A DNA stretch of 64,000 nt, from the NCBI GenBank assembly GCA_964016885.1, contig OZ024745.1, positions 116,808,001 through 116,872,000 of the forward strand, in the 5' to 3' direction. The position numbers and the translations under genes were made by a program. Below the pieces are notes generated by a model. The model ran no database searches. It was given only the letters and a program-made list of their open reading frames with translations, and was not told where the DNA came from. Within the stretch, counting starts at the first letter, position 1, and each line of letters opens with the position of its first letter. Below are positions 41,705-56,797 of the stretch, piece after piece. This DNA is from Eledone cirrhosa. Its lineage: Eukaryota.

Positions 41705-42250
41705 ATAACAATGGTTTCTGATTTAGTCATATGGCCAGCAATTTGGGGGAGGGGAAAGTCGATTAAATCGACCCCGGATCATCAACGGTGCTTTATTTTA
41801 TCGACCCCATAAGGAGGAAATGTAAAGCTAACCTCGGTGGAATTTGAACTCAGAGAACAGAGAGCGAAAACGTATACCGCAAAGCATTCTATCCGATGCT
41901 CTAACGACTCTGCCAATTCACCGCCTATAGCGGCACTCCGTCGGTTACGATGATGAGTGTTCCAGTTGATCCGATCAATGGAACAGCCTGCTGGTGAAAT
42001 TAACGTGCAAGTGGCTGAGCATTCTACTGACACGTACCCTTACCATAGTTCTCAGGGAGATTCAGCGTGTTACAGAATGTGACAAGGCTGGCTCTTCGAA
42101 TTACACCTACAACTTGTTTTTGACAGCTGTGTTGATTGGAGCAACGTGAAATAAAGTGTCTTGCTCAAGAACACAACGCACCGCCGGGAAACGAACTCAT
42201 GACCTTACGATTGAATGCCGAATACCCTAACCACAAAACCACGTGCTTTT
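41705..42250 (-). mobile_element. Adjacent SINEs: OR-type (41705-41927) and Nin-domain-like tRNA SINE (41928-42250)
   Basis: tRNA-like heads on the minus strand; GCTCAGCCACTTGCACGTTAATTTCAC body, with a remnant also at 6680-6790. Confidence 0.75.
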
Positions 42251-42837
42251 ACACTTCTGGTGTAATGATCATCAAAAGCTACCATTTTGATTTTCAGTGT
42301 AACCGTCTTCTATCTCCTCTTCAATCACCCCCAACATCCCTCTCACGACAACATCGAGGGTACTTTTCATTTTTTCCCACTGATTAGTCATTACCCAGGT
42401 CCTAAACACTCCAGAAATCGATGGAGCTCGCCGTGAAGTTCATATTCTGATTAATTATTCACCTTCAGTTTTAGTTGCAACATCAGAGGCTGTGTTAAAT
42501 TATTTTAACAAGTTTCATTAGTTCCCTCAGTGCTGTCACCGACTGAGTATTTGCATCACATTTTATTTGTCTGTTTGTTTGTTTGTTTTTTTTTTGTTTT
42601 TGCTACTTCTTCGAACAACTATGATTCCCCGATTTCGTAGATAGACAAACACCCTCCTGCGTGAGATTTTAAGATTTTAAATAGCATACTTGTGTACAGA
42701 CTGAAGGCCCAAGCAAGCCACATCTAACCAAATGGTGTTGCAGGTCACCATTTGTTTATATGCCACGAATATGATAAATCTGATGTGGCACACGACATGT
42801 ACCGTTAAGCCGTTGCTTGAACACGCATCCTCTAAAA

Positions 42838-43005
42838 CAAGCATGGGCAACCTTTTTCGAGAAGCGGGCCGCATGAGATATGGCTCATCATCAGGCGGAC
42901 CACAAGCACTAATTTACATTCGTGCCCGCATGAAAAAAAAAATAGGGCGGTAACTCAGGTTGTTTTGATTTGTTTCTTCAGAATTCCTACAGTTGTTTTC
43001 CTCGA
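42838..43005. mobile_element. Partial inverted copy of the 39275 hAT MITE
   Basis: CAAGCATGGGCAACCTTTTTCGAGAAGC... is the reverse complement of 39400-39557. Confidence 0.85.
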
Positions 43006-43863
43006 AGTCAAATAGTGACTATGTGTATAACTGTCTACCTGATTAATTGTTATATTTTCTGTTTATCTGTTTCTATAAATGTAAGATAGTTACCTTCGTC
43101 ATAAAATAGCGAAAGAAAGAATAAGAAACAATTACAATAGACGCAAAGAAAGAAAATAAATTGTTTCTTTGCGTCTATAAAATAAATTGTTTCTTTCTTT
43201 AAAAGAAATACATAAAATAACTATTAGGTAGTATGTGATCAAGTCTAGGAAGTACATTTAGATTAAGAAAATTATATAGGTCTCACCATCATCATGAGAG
43301 AACCATCTGGATATAAAGTTGTTAGAATGTGCATGTTTTGTATATTACAAGATATTCTCCCAGTAAGCGATACTTGAGAAAGTGCTTCCATTTTACTTCC
43401 ATCACATCTACATTTCTGTCCCGATATATATGTATACATGTATCATTCTTGCTCAATGCCTACCACGTGATATTTTTCCCCTTCGAAAATATCACCAGTA
43501 GCGGTCAATGAGAACGCCTCTTAAAGATCTTGTAATGTCTCACAGCAGAAATAACCTAACTTATTGGAGTATCCAAGTTGGTTCTTATACACCGAAACTT
43601 CAGTCGGGACCTCCATGTGAATTAGGTAAATTTCATTTTGTTTTCCCACTTATATATAAATAACTATATATAGGAAAAGAGTCAGGACCCCGACGGCAGA
43701 GCTCCGGCCGTTTCGATGGATCTAGCTGTCGAAACGGCCGGAGCTCTGCCGTCGGGGTCCTGACTCTTTTTATATTATCCACTCTACTACCCTAAGTATC
43801 GAGTACTCTGGTGCGTTATGGTCCACTTAGTATCTTACCACACTTTCTTCGTTACACATATAC

Positions 43864-43947
<84 letters not shown>

Positions 43948-44654
43948 TATATTATATTTTGAGAATAAACTCTCAGTCGTTTACAATAATCCAGCTCCAA
44001 GAAAAGGTGCATTTCCGAGCAGTTAAATACATTAAAATATATGATAAACACAAAACGTGTTTGCATTGCAACAGACAAAGTTAGCTATTAATGAAATAAA
44101 CTAATTAAAGTGAATACAATTTGTCTGTCTCGATATAAGTCAATAAAGACAAGCTTATATTGGCAATGGCCATGGTTCCTGGACATATTAAAATTTCAAA
44201 ATCCAAACCTGTTCCGTAGGCGAATTTGAACCTCGAAACCCAAATACGTTTCGCAAAGGTGGTACGTGAATTGAAAAATAAAGAGAATCGAAATGGAAAT
44301 GAAATAAAAAGTAAAATATCCAAATCTTCTGTGCTTATCAACAGGAACCCAGTAAAATTAGTACATCTCACATCAAAAATTTAGCAGGTCTGACTACACG
44401 TGTGCAGCCAGGCCAAATTAGCCGTCCCGCATTCCCGGTGCTAGAAATAACAGCCGTTTATGCGGGATTAAAGATCAGCTCTACAGTTAAGGAGCAATAT
44501 ACTATATTATGGAACCATGGCCATTGCCAATATAAGCTTGTCTTTATTGACTTATATCGAGACAGACAAATTGTATTCGCTTTAATTAGTTTATTTCATT
44601 AATAGCTAACTTTGTCTGTTGCAATGCAAACACGTTTTGTGTTTATCATATATA

Positions 44655-44736
<82 letters not shown>

Positions 44737-45159
44737 CATATATATGCGAGATATGGTATGTGCGAGTGTGTGTGTGTGTGTGCAAGTATACATGTGGTTG
44801 TTTAAGTTCCAAATCACATACCAATACGTACCCATGTACACAACTACACACATACGAATACTTAAACGCTCGCAGTCACACGCAAACACACACATGGATA
44901 TCTGTGAATATACACCGCATAGCTGCCCCACCAATTACACCACAATACAAAATAGGGCCGATGCCGATATATATATATATATACACCGATCATCTCACAA
45001 ACCACAACAAAAATATTTTTATTTTGTCACATAGCCAGTCTGAAGAGTATATCGATAATAGAGCCGGGTCCATAACTCCTATGGGTGAACTTGAGCCTAA
45101 CAGGTCCATACACAATGTCATATACATGTAAACGAAACTTCCTCGTGTTTTTTTTTCAA

Positions 45160-45193
<34 letters not shown>

Positions 45194-45194
45194 A

Positions 45195-45294
<100 letters not shown>

Positions 45295-46139
45295 GTTATA
45301 CTTTGGGAGGGTCATGTTGCCAATAAGAAACACACGCACCAGTTGCTTTCACTTAAATTTATTATAATTTATAAATTTAGGAATTTATAAATTTCCGGTT
45401 GGTTGGTTGGTTCCACAACCAGATGGTTGTTTATATATTGTCAAAGTTCTTTCGTCACACATTCTGTCACCTCTTCAGTGACTGGGGATTCTTTTCTTTG
45501 TTTTTGTGCCTCTCCTTTGTTCTGTCCTACGCCATCTTGTTTCTGTGTGTGTGCTGTGTGCTCAGTCTGCGCATGCGCCACATAGGGGTGTCTGTGTGTG
45601 TTTATATTCGTGTATTTATTTGTTTATTTACATGTTACAGGTTGGTTGTTTGTTCTATGTGCGTATGTGTTTTCATTTTGTCCTTAATTGTAAGTTGTGA
45701 TGTTGCTGTTCCACTCATGTTTTCTATTTAATTTTGGTTGTAATTATTTTATGTTTATTGCCTCTGTGATTTGTCGCCTCTGTGATTTGTCTAAACATTG
45801 TGTCTCTTCGTGTGACGAAATAACTTTGACAATATATAAACAACCATCTGGTTGTGGAACCAACCAACCAACCGGAAATTTATAAATTCCTAAATTTATA
45901 AATTTATTATAATAAATTGAAGTGAAAGCAACTGGTGCGTGTGTTTCTTATTGGCAACATGACCCTCCCAAAGTATAACAATATCGGTTTCAACACACGT
46001 TTTCAGATAAAGAATCTTGCTAAACAAATTCAGAAACGAAAAATATATATAATATATATATATAATATATATATATATATAATATATATATATATAACAT
46101 ATATATAATATATATATATAATATATATATATATATTAT

Positions 46140-46295
46140 ATCATCATCATCATCAAGGTTTAGCGTCCGTGTTCCACGCTTGCATGGGTTTGGATGGGGG
46201 TTTTCCCACTTGAGGCAAGAGCGGTTGTCTTGCTCGCATAGGACTGTCTGGCGGGTTTTCTACAGCTGGATGCCCTTCCTAACACCAACCACATT
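46140..46295 (-). mobile_element. RTE-derived 3' tail module
   Basis: GGAAGGGCATCCAGCTGTAGAAA...(GAT)n is shared with 50040-50205 and 55105-55215. Confidence 0.7.
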
Positions 46296-46398
46296 TACAT
46301 ATATATATATATATATAATATATATATATATATAATATATATATATATAATATATATATATAATATATATACATATAATATATATATATATAATATAT

Positions 46399-46430
<32 letters not shown>

Positions 46431-46538
46431 ATATATATATATATAATATATATATTTGAGATAAGTGGAGCAAGTAAGATTCAAACAATTTTTTTAAATA
46501 AATTTAAAAAATTTATTTAAATATTTACCCATTCCATT

Positions 46539-46620
46539 TGCTTTTACCGACGGTCTTGCCTCACAAATAATTGGAAGTCCAATGGACTTCCAATGCAAAT
46601 GTTCGGTTCTTCAGAAAGCA
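46539..46620 (-). ncRNA. Degenerate type I hammerhead
   Basis: TGCTTT-CTGAAGA-[ATTGGAAGTCCA t TGGACTTCCAAT]-AAGA-CCGtCGG-TA|AAAGCA; perfect 6-bp stem I, GAAA mutated. Confidence 0.65.
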
Positions 46621-46662
46621 TTTTCCCCTACATAGGACGAAAGTCCCACGAACGGCAAAATA

Positions 46663-46816
<154 letters not shown>

Positions 46817-47589
46817 ATATGTATATATATATATATACATGATATGAAAGTAAAAGAACGGAAGCTAAAATATGCTGGTTGAACGTCCAAAGTAATCAGA
46901 TAGAAAAGGAATTAAGTAGAATTCTCTAATAAATACCATTGTTACAACCTTCATACCTAATCCTTTGTGACATTGATATATGCAAAAGCAATAAAAAGAC
47001 CAAGTCAGAAGTATTTATAATACATCAGTTGTAATGATAAGGAATTGTTAGCAATGAAGTAGTGTTGCTCGAAATTCATGAATGTATAACTTGTTACAGA
47101 CAATCTGTTTCATGTCTTAAACAATCATCTCGTAAATACTCATCTCCATACAGAGAGATGGGGAGAGCGAGAGAGATAGAGGCGATGAGAGTGGGAGTTC
47201 AGCTCTTCCACGTTTCGGACCATATCCTTGTGGTTGGGTTTATCATCTATATAGAAAATATCAACCTCTTGTTGCTCGTTTACAGACAACAAATCAAACA
47301 TCTTACCCCAGCCAAGTCTGAGGCTTGTTGTCGTTACAACATATATATGCATACAGTGTGTATATGTGACGATTGATTTGAAAAGTGGAGTAAAGTAAAA
47401 GGAGAGTAAAGTGAATTTGAAGTATCAACCCCATGTCTTTTGTTTTCAATACCGGACTTACAGTATTCTGTTGGTTTCTGTCAAAATGATTCTACTCTGA
47501 ATAAGATACAAATCTTTCCAATAGACTTATATTATGTTACTATATATTGTGTTGACATATATATGTTCATATATATATGTTGATATGCT

Positions 47590-47745
47590 TATATTTATTT
47601 TCATTTTTGTTTTTGTTTTTATTTTTATTTTTATTTTTATTTTTATTTTTATTTTTATTTTTATTTTTATTTTTATTTTTATTTTTATTTTTATTTTTAT
47701 TTTTATTTTTATTTTTATTTTTATTTTTATTTTTATTTTTATTTT
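47590..47745. repeat. (TTTTTA)n hexamer microsatellite
   Basis: Seen directly; a degenerate GTTGATATATAT array follows at 47995-48390. Confidence 0.95.
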
Positions 47746-47902
47746 CATCCTGTAACCTCTATATGTAAATTGCCATGCTATATCATTTGATGAATGTCAT
47801 CCCACTGTTGATCAATATGCGCATATGTTTTATATGTCTCTTGTGTTTTATATGTCTCTTGGGTTGAAAAGGAGGACAAGTATGTTATAGATCAGTAAAT
47901 AG

Positions 47903-47951
47903 TTGCTCCGAAGAATCCAAACCTCGGTTTGGAGGAAACAATTGTAAGCAA
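47903..47951 (+). ncRNA. Minimal type I hammerhead with U4C change
   Basis: TTGCT-CCGAAGA-aTCCAAACCtcGGTTTGGAg-GAAA-CAATTG-TA|AGCAA. Confidence 0.78.
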
Positions 47952-48759
47952 ATAAATGACTTAAACTGAACTTTGATTATTGTAATCTCTTTATGTTGAT
48001 ATATATATGTTGGTATATATTGTGTTGATATATATATGTTGATATATATATATGTTGATATATATATGTTGATATATATATGTTGATATATATGTTGATA
48101 TATATATGTTGATATATATTATGTTGATATATTATGTTGATATATATGTTGATATATATATTGTGTTGATATATATTGTGTTGATATATATATTGTGTTG
48201 ATATATATTGTGTTGATATATATATGTTGATATATATATATGTTGATATATATTGTGTTGATATATATATATGTTCATATATATTGTGTTGATATATATA
48301 TGTTAATATATATATGTTGATATATATGTGTTGATATATATTGTGTTGACATATATATATTGATATATATATGTTGATATATATATGTTGAAAGGACTCA
48401 GCTGCTATTTCTAGCTGTCGATAATCCTATTCACGCCACAGGGATGATGCTGGCACGATGTGTGTAGTTTTAGAAATGCAACACGTGCAACGGGTCATTT
48501 GCAGATTTGCATTTGATGTGTAAACACAGATTGTTAAATCTTCTCCCTTGCTGAAGATCCAGGTTTTGACTACTGTGAGTTTACGGATTAATGGTGAAAT
48601 ATATTTCTTTAGTGATTGTTTCATGTGTTTATTTTAGATATATATATATATGTCAATCAATTTATAGTTGATATATATATATTTATTTATTTATATATCT
48701 GATAATTAGTTGTGTAACTATCTATAGTTACAGGTGGCGTACCATTCAAAACACTCAAT

Positions 48760-50205
48760 GCTGTTACTAGGTCCATCCTGTGTTGGGTTGTATTCCAGAG
48801 TTAAGCTGGCTGTAGTCTGTAGAGTGGCAGGCCATGGGAACTCCTGTATATGGATGATCTTACACTCATAGTGGAATCTACGGTGGAACTAGAGAAGAAA
48901 TTCCAAACAAAGAGTCTTCAAGTCAACCTGACAAAGACTAAGGTCCTAGTAAGTAGAAGAATAAACAGAACCCTGATCCCCTCACGGAAATAGATTTGTT
49001 CTGTATGTAGGAAAAGTGTAGGTAAAAATTCCATCGTCTGCTCTAAATTCAGACTATGGGCACATAAAATATGTAGTGGGATCTCAGGAAGTTTAGCTAA
49101 GAATATAGGCTTTACATGTAGCAGTTGCACCAGGACAGTAAACAGCAAACAATCACAGGAAGCAAGCGCTGCCAAATTCTGAAGGGCTCGGTAGAAAGAG
49201 TAGACAGCTTCTGCTACCTGGGTGACCAAATTAGCAGCAGAAGTTGGTGTCCTGAATAGCCAGAGTAAGAATTGGATGGAAGAAGTTCAGGGAGTTATTA
49301 CCACTGCCAGCTACAAAAGGCTTTTTCCTCAGAATGAAAGGCAGACTATATGATGTATGCATATGAAGAGCAATGTTACAAGGTAGTGAGACCTGGGTGC
49401 TGTGTGCAGAAGACTTACATAGATTAGAAAGTAATGAAACTTGCATGCTCTGATGGATGTGTAATAGTAATATATGTGAACAGCAAAGCATAAACGAACT
49501 GAGAGAGAAACTAGACATAAGAGGAATCAGATGCTGTGTGTAAGAGAGGGGATTGCATTGGTTTAGACATGTGATGCGCATGAAGGATGACAGCTGTATA
49601 AAAAGGTGCAGAGCACTCAAAGTTGATGGAAGCCTTGGCGTAGGGAAACATAGGAAGTCTTGGGACAAGGTGATAAAATCTGACCTTGCCTAATTGCACC
49701 TCAAAAAGACAATGACACAGGACCAAGACTTCAGGTGTTACGCAGTAATACAGAAAACCCAAATTCCAACGGACACAGACAGTAATTGAAGCATATATAT
49801 ATATAGCATGCACCATCCCTCCCACTCCCATACATCCCCCATAAGTACAGGCTGAAGTATACATCCAGTGAAGCCTCCAGTTTGCACTGTAAACTGGTTA
49901 TGATTGGCGACATGCAAAAAGACCCAGTCCACACTATAAAGTGCTTGTGTAGGTGTCATGACAAAAAGCACCCGGCCCACACTGTAAAGTGATCACGTAG
50001 GTGTCATGACAAAAAGCACCCAGTCCACACTGTAAATGAGTGGCATCAGGAAGGGCATCCAGCTGTAGAAACCAAACCAGAATCAGTTTTGTATAAGCAA
50101 GAGATAGTCACTTGACCTGACATTTCTCGCAACAGGACAACTCATCTAACCCATGCTAGCATGGAAAAGTGGATGTTAAATGGTGATGATGATGATAATG
50201 ATGAT
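48760..50205 (+). pseudogene. RTE-BovB-like LINE 3' half with Cys-rich insert and tail
   Basis: PWELLY.DDL, QVNLTKTKVLV, CSVCRKSVGKNSIVCSK..LWAHKICSGI, ML.GSETW; (GAT)n tail. Confidence 0.8.
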
Positions 50206-50589
50206 ATATATATATATGCTGTAATATAAATATTTTCTGAAATATATTCTCTTTTATTTTATGACATTTCAATCAGCATATTAATGAATTTAATTTAATC
50301 TATAAAGCTAATTAATTTTGATTCATTCATTGCCATCAATTAATATCTCTTATTATTAATTAGTAAAATGTTCACTTTTTAATATTTTCATAAGTATTTA
50401 CAATATATATAATTCCTTATTAGTTCAGATTAAATGAGAAAGTTTTCAAATTGTAAAAAATATTCTAAATTTATAAACATGTTATGTGGTTAAATATCTA
50501 TTTATGCGTGGAGGGAAATTCTGATTTCCTAGCATGTTTACATGTCTACATATTAAAATGTGTATATCTATATACACAATGGTGCAGTC

Positions 50590-51082
50590 TCAGTTATCCA
50601 GCCTGTATATATACAGATATAATGTAACATTTCTGGAGCTTGTGTAGTAGTGTAACAGCTTCAGTGTTTGATAATCAGAAGAAGGGAGGTAGGTATAAAA
50701 GCCAAACTTGCAATCTTTGGTTTGGTATTCATGCCAACCCTTACCTAGGGTCATGAAACTTGGGTAGCGACCAAAAGAATATGATCCCGAATAGTGTGAA
50801 GCTTGGAGATCAGAGTCACTCTAGGTAGAGCCGCTACTTCTCCCTAGTGAGAGATCACAGCTCCGATACTACAGGCATATGGTTAGAATGTCTAAGAAAA
50901 GAATCGCTGAATATATTTTATGGGCAAAACCAATTGACTCAGACCTTGAGCAAGAAGGTTGGATAACATCCATGACCTTGGCTGGTCTCGCTTGGGAAAC
51001 AGTTGCTTCTGACAGGACCAGCTGGAAGGAGTGTTTGAGAACTCTTCCGCCACGACCCTCTCAAGAAGAAGAAGAAGAAGAA
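50590..51082 (+). pseudogene. RTE LINE 3' fragment with (GAA)n tail
   Basis: REVGIKAKLAIFGLVFMPTLT*GHETW...; same family as 3010-4640. Confidence 0.75.
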
Positions 51083-51279
51083 GTAAAGTATTCACAAATT
51101 AATGTTGCAGTTGCATGCTGCCCCACGCCTCCTTATTTAGCTGCTGAATCAAGCACTTACATTAAACTGATAGCCATCCTAAATAGTAATTGTCCTGTAT
51201 CCATTGAGTTGAATCATATGATATAATAAATATACAGACTGAATAGAGAGAAACTCTCTATTGAAATTTATTTATAATT

Positions 51280-51741
51280 TTTGGCCTACTGTGACTCCTT
51301 GAGACAATATCAATGACCTTATATTCATACAAGATGGGACCTCTCCTCATTTTGCATGTCCTGTCCATGAGTGGCTTGAGTTAAGGTTCATGTAAATGGT
51401 CAGGAATAATCCCTGACTTAATGCTATGTGATTTTTCCTGTGGGGGGTGAAGGAAGAAGTTTACATCTCAAAACCCCAAACTCTGACTCAATTGGAGTAA
51501 CGCAATCGTGATGTACTGACCAACATACCACCTGAGCCCCTGATGAAGTCAGTTGAGGATATACCCAGACGATCACAAACACTGGTGATCAGCATTAGTA
51601 CTTATATAGAATGTTAACACTCTACTCTACTTCTACCATTATACTGTTTAAAATAAAATGTTTTATGAAAAATCGACCAATAATTAAAGAAATTATTAAC
51701 ATTTTTTTTAAATAGTGAGTTTCTTTCCCCCCATCCTGTAT
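51280..51741 (+). mobile_element. Tc1/mariner-superfamily transposase 3' relic
   Basis: FIQDGTSPHFACPVHEWL, FFLWG, KEEVYISKPQTLTQLE; ends ...CCCATCCTG-TA. Confidence 0.75.
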
Positions 51742-52943
51742 AAAACATTCTCTCACTCTCTTGCCTTCTCTGGAAGAAATCTACTGTATTCAAACCTGGA
51801 GAGGAGGTAGGCTCTGCCAGGTTTTAAAAAGTGGCTTAAATATACCATATGTCAATATGGTGCCCCTACTATTCCCTCGAAGGCTATGGGGCCATACCAT
51901 ACATACCTCTTAGGGCCATATCATACATATCATACATACCTCTTAGGGCCATACCATACATAACTCTTAGGGCCGTACCATACATGCCTCTCCTCATTAT
52001 ACATCTTTATTGTGTCCTAGTTTCTTCATGGTGAGAATAGACTCAATCTAACAGCACTGAAGTTTTGGAAATTTCAGAAGATGGAATATTTGTAAGATGA
52101 AAAGGATGAGTGTTCCATTCAAAATAATTACATACTTGTTAAATTAATATTTAAGTGGAAATATATAGCCATAATGTAGTCCTTGGGGGAAATCACTGTG
52201 ACAAGGCTGGCCCTTTGATTTAAAGGCACAGTTCATCCTATGGGATTCCAACAAGTTTCTGTCTATTCAATTTCCTTCACAAGGCTGAGGTCAATCCATG
52301 GCTATGGAAAAAAGCACTTGCACAAGATACTGCACAACTCATACATGGAATGGCACAATTTTAAAGTGAACTTCTTAACTATTTATGTCTGTGTATGTGT
52401 TTAAGTGTCTGTGTATATGTGTGTGTGTCTCTATATGTGTGTGTTTAAGTGTGTGTATGTGTGTGTGTTTATGTGTGTTTGTGTGCATGTGTGTGTGTGT
52501 TTATGTGTGTGCATGTGTGTGTGTATGTGCATGTATGTGCATGCATGTGTGTGTGTGCTGAATAGTAGCTTCATTCAATGCAAATGAGACTTTACAATTT
52601 ACACTGTACTGGTTTATTAAAGACATTTTCACAGGAAATAATTTTGATAAAGGAAATTTTGAAGCCCTGCAGAATTCATTAGTGATTTTAAATTAGTGAT
52701 TAGAAATCAGCAGTGATTTTTCTTCTTTCATCAATTTACTTTAAACCAGTCAAAAGTTATAGGTTATCATTAATTATTTCTCACATGTGACTATATTTTC
52801 TTAATTTTGCCAGAAAAAATCACGTCTTTATTTAAGTATTAACTCTTTATGAAAGAAAAAATATTGTTTGTACAATTCTTTATTGGCAAAACTATACCAT
52901 GATATTTTAATTGTGTTCTTTAGATGATATTCCTGATTGTGTT

Positions 52944-53176
52944 GAGTGACAGTAGCAATGAGTGACAGTAGCAGTGAGTGACAGTAGGAATGAGTGACAG
53001 TAGCAATGAGTGACAGTAGCAATGAGTGACAGTAGAAGTGAGTGACAGTAGCAATGAGTGACAGTAGAAGTGAGTGACAGTAGCAATGAGTGACAGTAGA
53101 AGTGAGTGACAGTAGCAATGAGTGACAGTAGCAATGAATGACAATAGCAGTGAGTGTAGCAATGAGTGAGAGTAGC
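52944..53176. repeat. 16-bp minisatellite (GAGTGACAGTAGCAAT), ~14 copies
   Basis: Seen directly. Confidence 0.95.
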
Positions 53177-53329
53177 AAAAGAACAAATGCTCCAGTGCAG
53201 TCAGACGTGGAGCAGGACAAGGCAAGATGGTCAGTTGGGATTAGATGACGGACATGATGTATGTATTTGCCACCCCTGCTCAACCTTTCACAGATAGATT
53301 GCTCTCAGCCCATTTCTGGGTGAGAGTGG

Positions 53330-54180
53330 TAATCCTGCTTGTTACCTCATCCAAAGTTTTGCCCATTTGGAAGTCTGGACCAAACCAGATCACAAGCAAT
53401 TTAACCGGACTCTCTGTCCAGTGCCCAGTAACATTATAGGACACCATGGTCTTACTTTCCAGGTGCTGAGCTACAAGAACACTGACTTTTCATGGTTAAT
53501 TTTTGCTCCTGTTATTGCTTTGTATTCCTCAAGAGTGGTGCTGATCAACTCAATATATCGACTGCTTGACACCACCATGGTGACACCATTGGATATGCTG
53601 ACATGGATCTTCCACATCTTAGCTTGCATGGGATGTCTCTCAATGTCACCTGTTTGTATAGTAGTAGCTTGAGAGTCAATACATACAACAAAGTCATGAA
53701 AGGACAACCTTGGCTAACCAAGCACATGATGTTAAGGGTTCTGAGAGGTGGCAGTTCACTTTAACCACTGAACAGATGATGTTGTGCATTGCAACAATCT
53801 ATCCTCTGAATACAGGCCCAAAGCCTACAGGCTCGAGGACTGCTGCCAGGTACCAATGGTCGATCCTATCGAAACCTTTTAACAGATCTAAGCTGATCAG
53901 TGTCCCACCTATGTCAGGTTCTTTAGCAACCCTCTCTATAGAGTACTGCATAAGGTGGAGGGTGTTGTGAATGGATCTATCCAAAATGGCACATGTTTGC
54001 ACCTCTCCTACCAGACAACAAGCGCCAACCTTATCTCTAACACCGAGGCCTGAAATTATCTATAGGGTCCCCTTTGTTTGGGTCCTTTCAACAGTGTCAC
54101 CACTCCTCAGCTTACAGAACTGGGAATTCTTCCATCATGCTCTCAGTTGGTGTAGATGTCCACTGAGATGTCACTGAACA
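53330..54180 (-). pseudogene. Tx1/L1-clade RT fragment
   Basis: LISLDLLKGFDRIDHWYLAAVLEPVGFGPVF, VSQGCP, YKAITGAKINHEKS. Confidence 0.85.
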
Positions 54181-54746
54181 AATCTAGCAAATTTGTGTAA
54201 AGAAATTTGATGAAGAAGAAGAGGGGAGGAGGAGGAGGTGGAGAAGAAGAAGAAGAAGAAGAAGAAGAAGAAGAAGAAGAAGAAGAAGAAGAAGAAGAAG
54301 AAGAAGAAGAAGAAGAAGAAGAAGAAATAGTGCCTCAAGACAAGCTCTATAAGCTCATCAAAACCAATTCAGTAGTGCACCAATACTAATTCCATACTTA
54401 ATAATACGTTATGCTTCTGCATAAGTGAATACATTTTATTAGCTTGCATGATGAGGAGTTTACACTGGTGATCTATCCTATTGTATGTAACACAAATATG
54501 GTAAATGTTAGCCATGTTTGCACAGTTTGTGGTAGCAGAATCTTTGTCACTTTGAATTTAAGCTGACGTGTTATGGCTGGATGTTTTTAGTAGTAGTACC
54601 AGCTTCTGAAATGGAATAGGTTGGATGTATTTATTGTAGCATGAACACTAGTAATTTTGTCACCTGAGATTTATAACCACTCTACTTCACTATATTACCA
54701 ATATATGAGATAAGAAGGAAAGTAACAAGTGATATGCGTATATATG

Positions 54747-55215
<469 letters not shown>

Positions 55216-55239
55216 ATATTTATTTATATATATATTTAT

Positions 55240-56200
55240 AAATGAGTTCTGTCAAAAAAGTATCCAATTTTATTTTTTCCTGTGTGAAGTAATGACGTAA
55301 GGAAGAAGACAAAGGTGTGTAGAGTGAAGCTACATACCTCGATGCATAAGTCTGGATTTTGATGAGCTTACTAGATGTATCAGTCATTGTCAGTCAACAT
55401 GTGGGGGTGCTCTACTGCTTAACTTATCACATTTTCATTTCAACATTTCGACCAATACTGCCAACAGGACCCTGATTTCCTGAATCATGTTTAACTGGAA
55501 CACGTTCCTTGGTAGCCCACATGAAGGATAATGCAGTATGGTTCTCACTATACAACAGTTTTTTATGGTCATATTCTCACCAGTCTGCTAGTTTCTCAAA
55601 CCCAAGAAGAAGATGTGATAACTGGAGATGAGACATAAGTGTCCATACACAAATGCTTATTCATCATATTGGAAGCATCCAATATTGTCAAACCACAACA
55701 AAGTACACCAGGTACAGAGCAAGATCAAGGTAATGCTGACAGTTTATTTCTACTACCGAGGACAAATTGTTTCAAATGAGTACTATCAGGATGTTATCCT
55801 GATGCAGTTCAGTGCAGGAGCCCAGATGTGTGGCCCTCACAAAACTGAAAACAGCGTCCTTATAATGCCCTGGCTCATTTTTCACAGCTGGTCAAAGATT
55901 TCATAACAATGAAAGGCATTTCACTAATCCACCAAACTTCCTTCTTGCTAGACATGGCTCCTTCTGAACCTTGGTGGTTCCCAAAAATGTTTTGACAGTT
56001 GAAAAGACATCATTCAGATGGTGATGGCAGAACTGGAAGTCATTCTGCAAGAAGAATTCCTGATGTGTTTCAAACAGTGGAAAGATCACTGGCTTATGTA
56101 GATGCACAAGGGGTATATTTTAAATGGCATTAGCAATTGAAACCCAACAGATATGTAATTTTTTCCTAGCCTGTTGTATACGTTTTAGAGAAACTCCATA
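55240..56200 (+). mobile_element. Decayed mariner element
   Basis: TGDE, WKHP...HQVQSKIKVMLTVYF...GQIVSNEYY; weak terminal inverted similarity. Confidence 0.75.
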
Positions 56201-56206
56201 CAGACA

Positions 56207-56273
<67 letters not shown>

Positions 56274-56384
56274 GGATATGTAGAAATATCCGTAGGTGTG
56301 AAAAAGGAAAAAGAAGAACAGTGCTCAATCAGGAAGGGAGCTGAAATATTATATTATTTATTTATGCTTACACCTTAGGTAGCA

Positions 56385-56797
56385 CTTTTGTTCCATGTAT
56401 GAACATAAGTAAATAATTGTGGAACCTGCACTCACCTCATTGAAGACAACACGTATACATTTCAATCAGGACAAATTTTTGTTGTAAAAAATCACTTCAC
56501 TTGCTCATCAAAAATCTACTTTATGCCATTAAATGTAAAGGATGCAATGAAGATTATATAGGACAAACTAAACTCACACTCAGAAACAGAATGACAGTTC
56601 ATCGTCAACAATTACGAGATCCAACCACGAGACAGATACCACTAAGTGCACATCTAGACATATGCACAAGTAATAAGACACCCAAATTCCAAGTCTTCCC
56701 ATTTTACCTTTGCGTTGACAATACAACAGAACACATACGAATAAATAAGGAAAATATGTTTATTCACAAATATAGACCAGCATTAAATATAGTTTAA
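56385..56797 (+). pseudogene. Penelope-like (Neptune-like) GIY-YIG endonuclease
   Basis: Linker CGTC, FTCSSK/NLLYAIKCKGCNEDYIGQT...RNRMTVHR...HL...ENMFIHKYRPALN. Confidence 0.88.

Noticed and set aside
45035-45150. CTGAAGA...GAAAC hammerhead candidate
   Set aside because: Stem I cannot be paired downstream; too degenerate to call.
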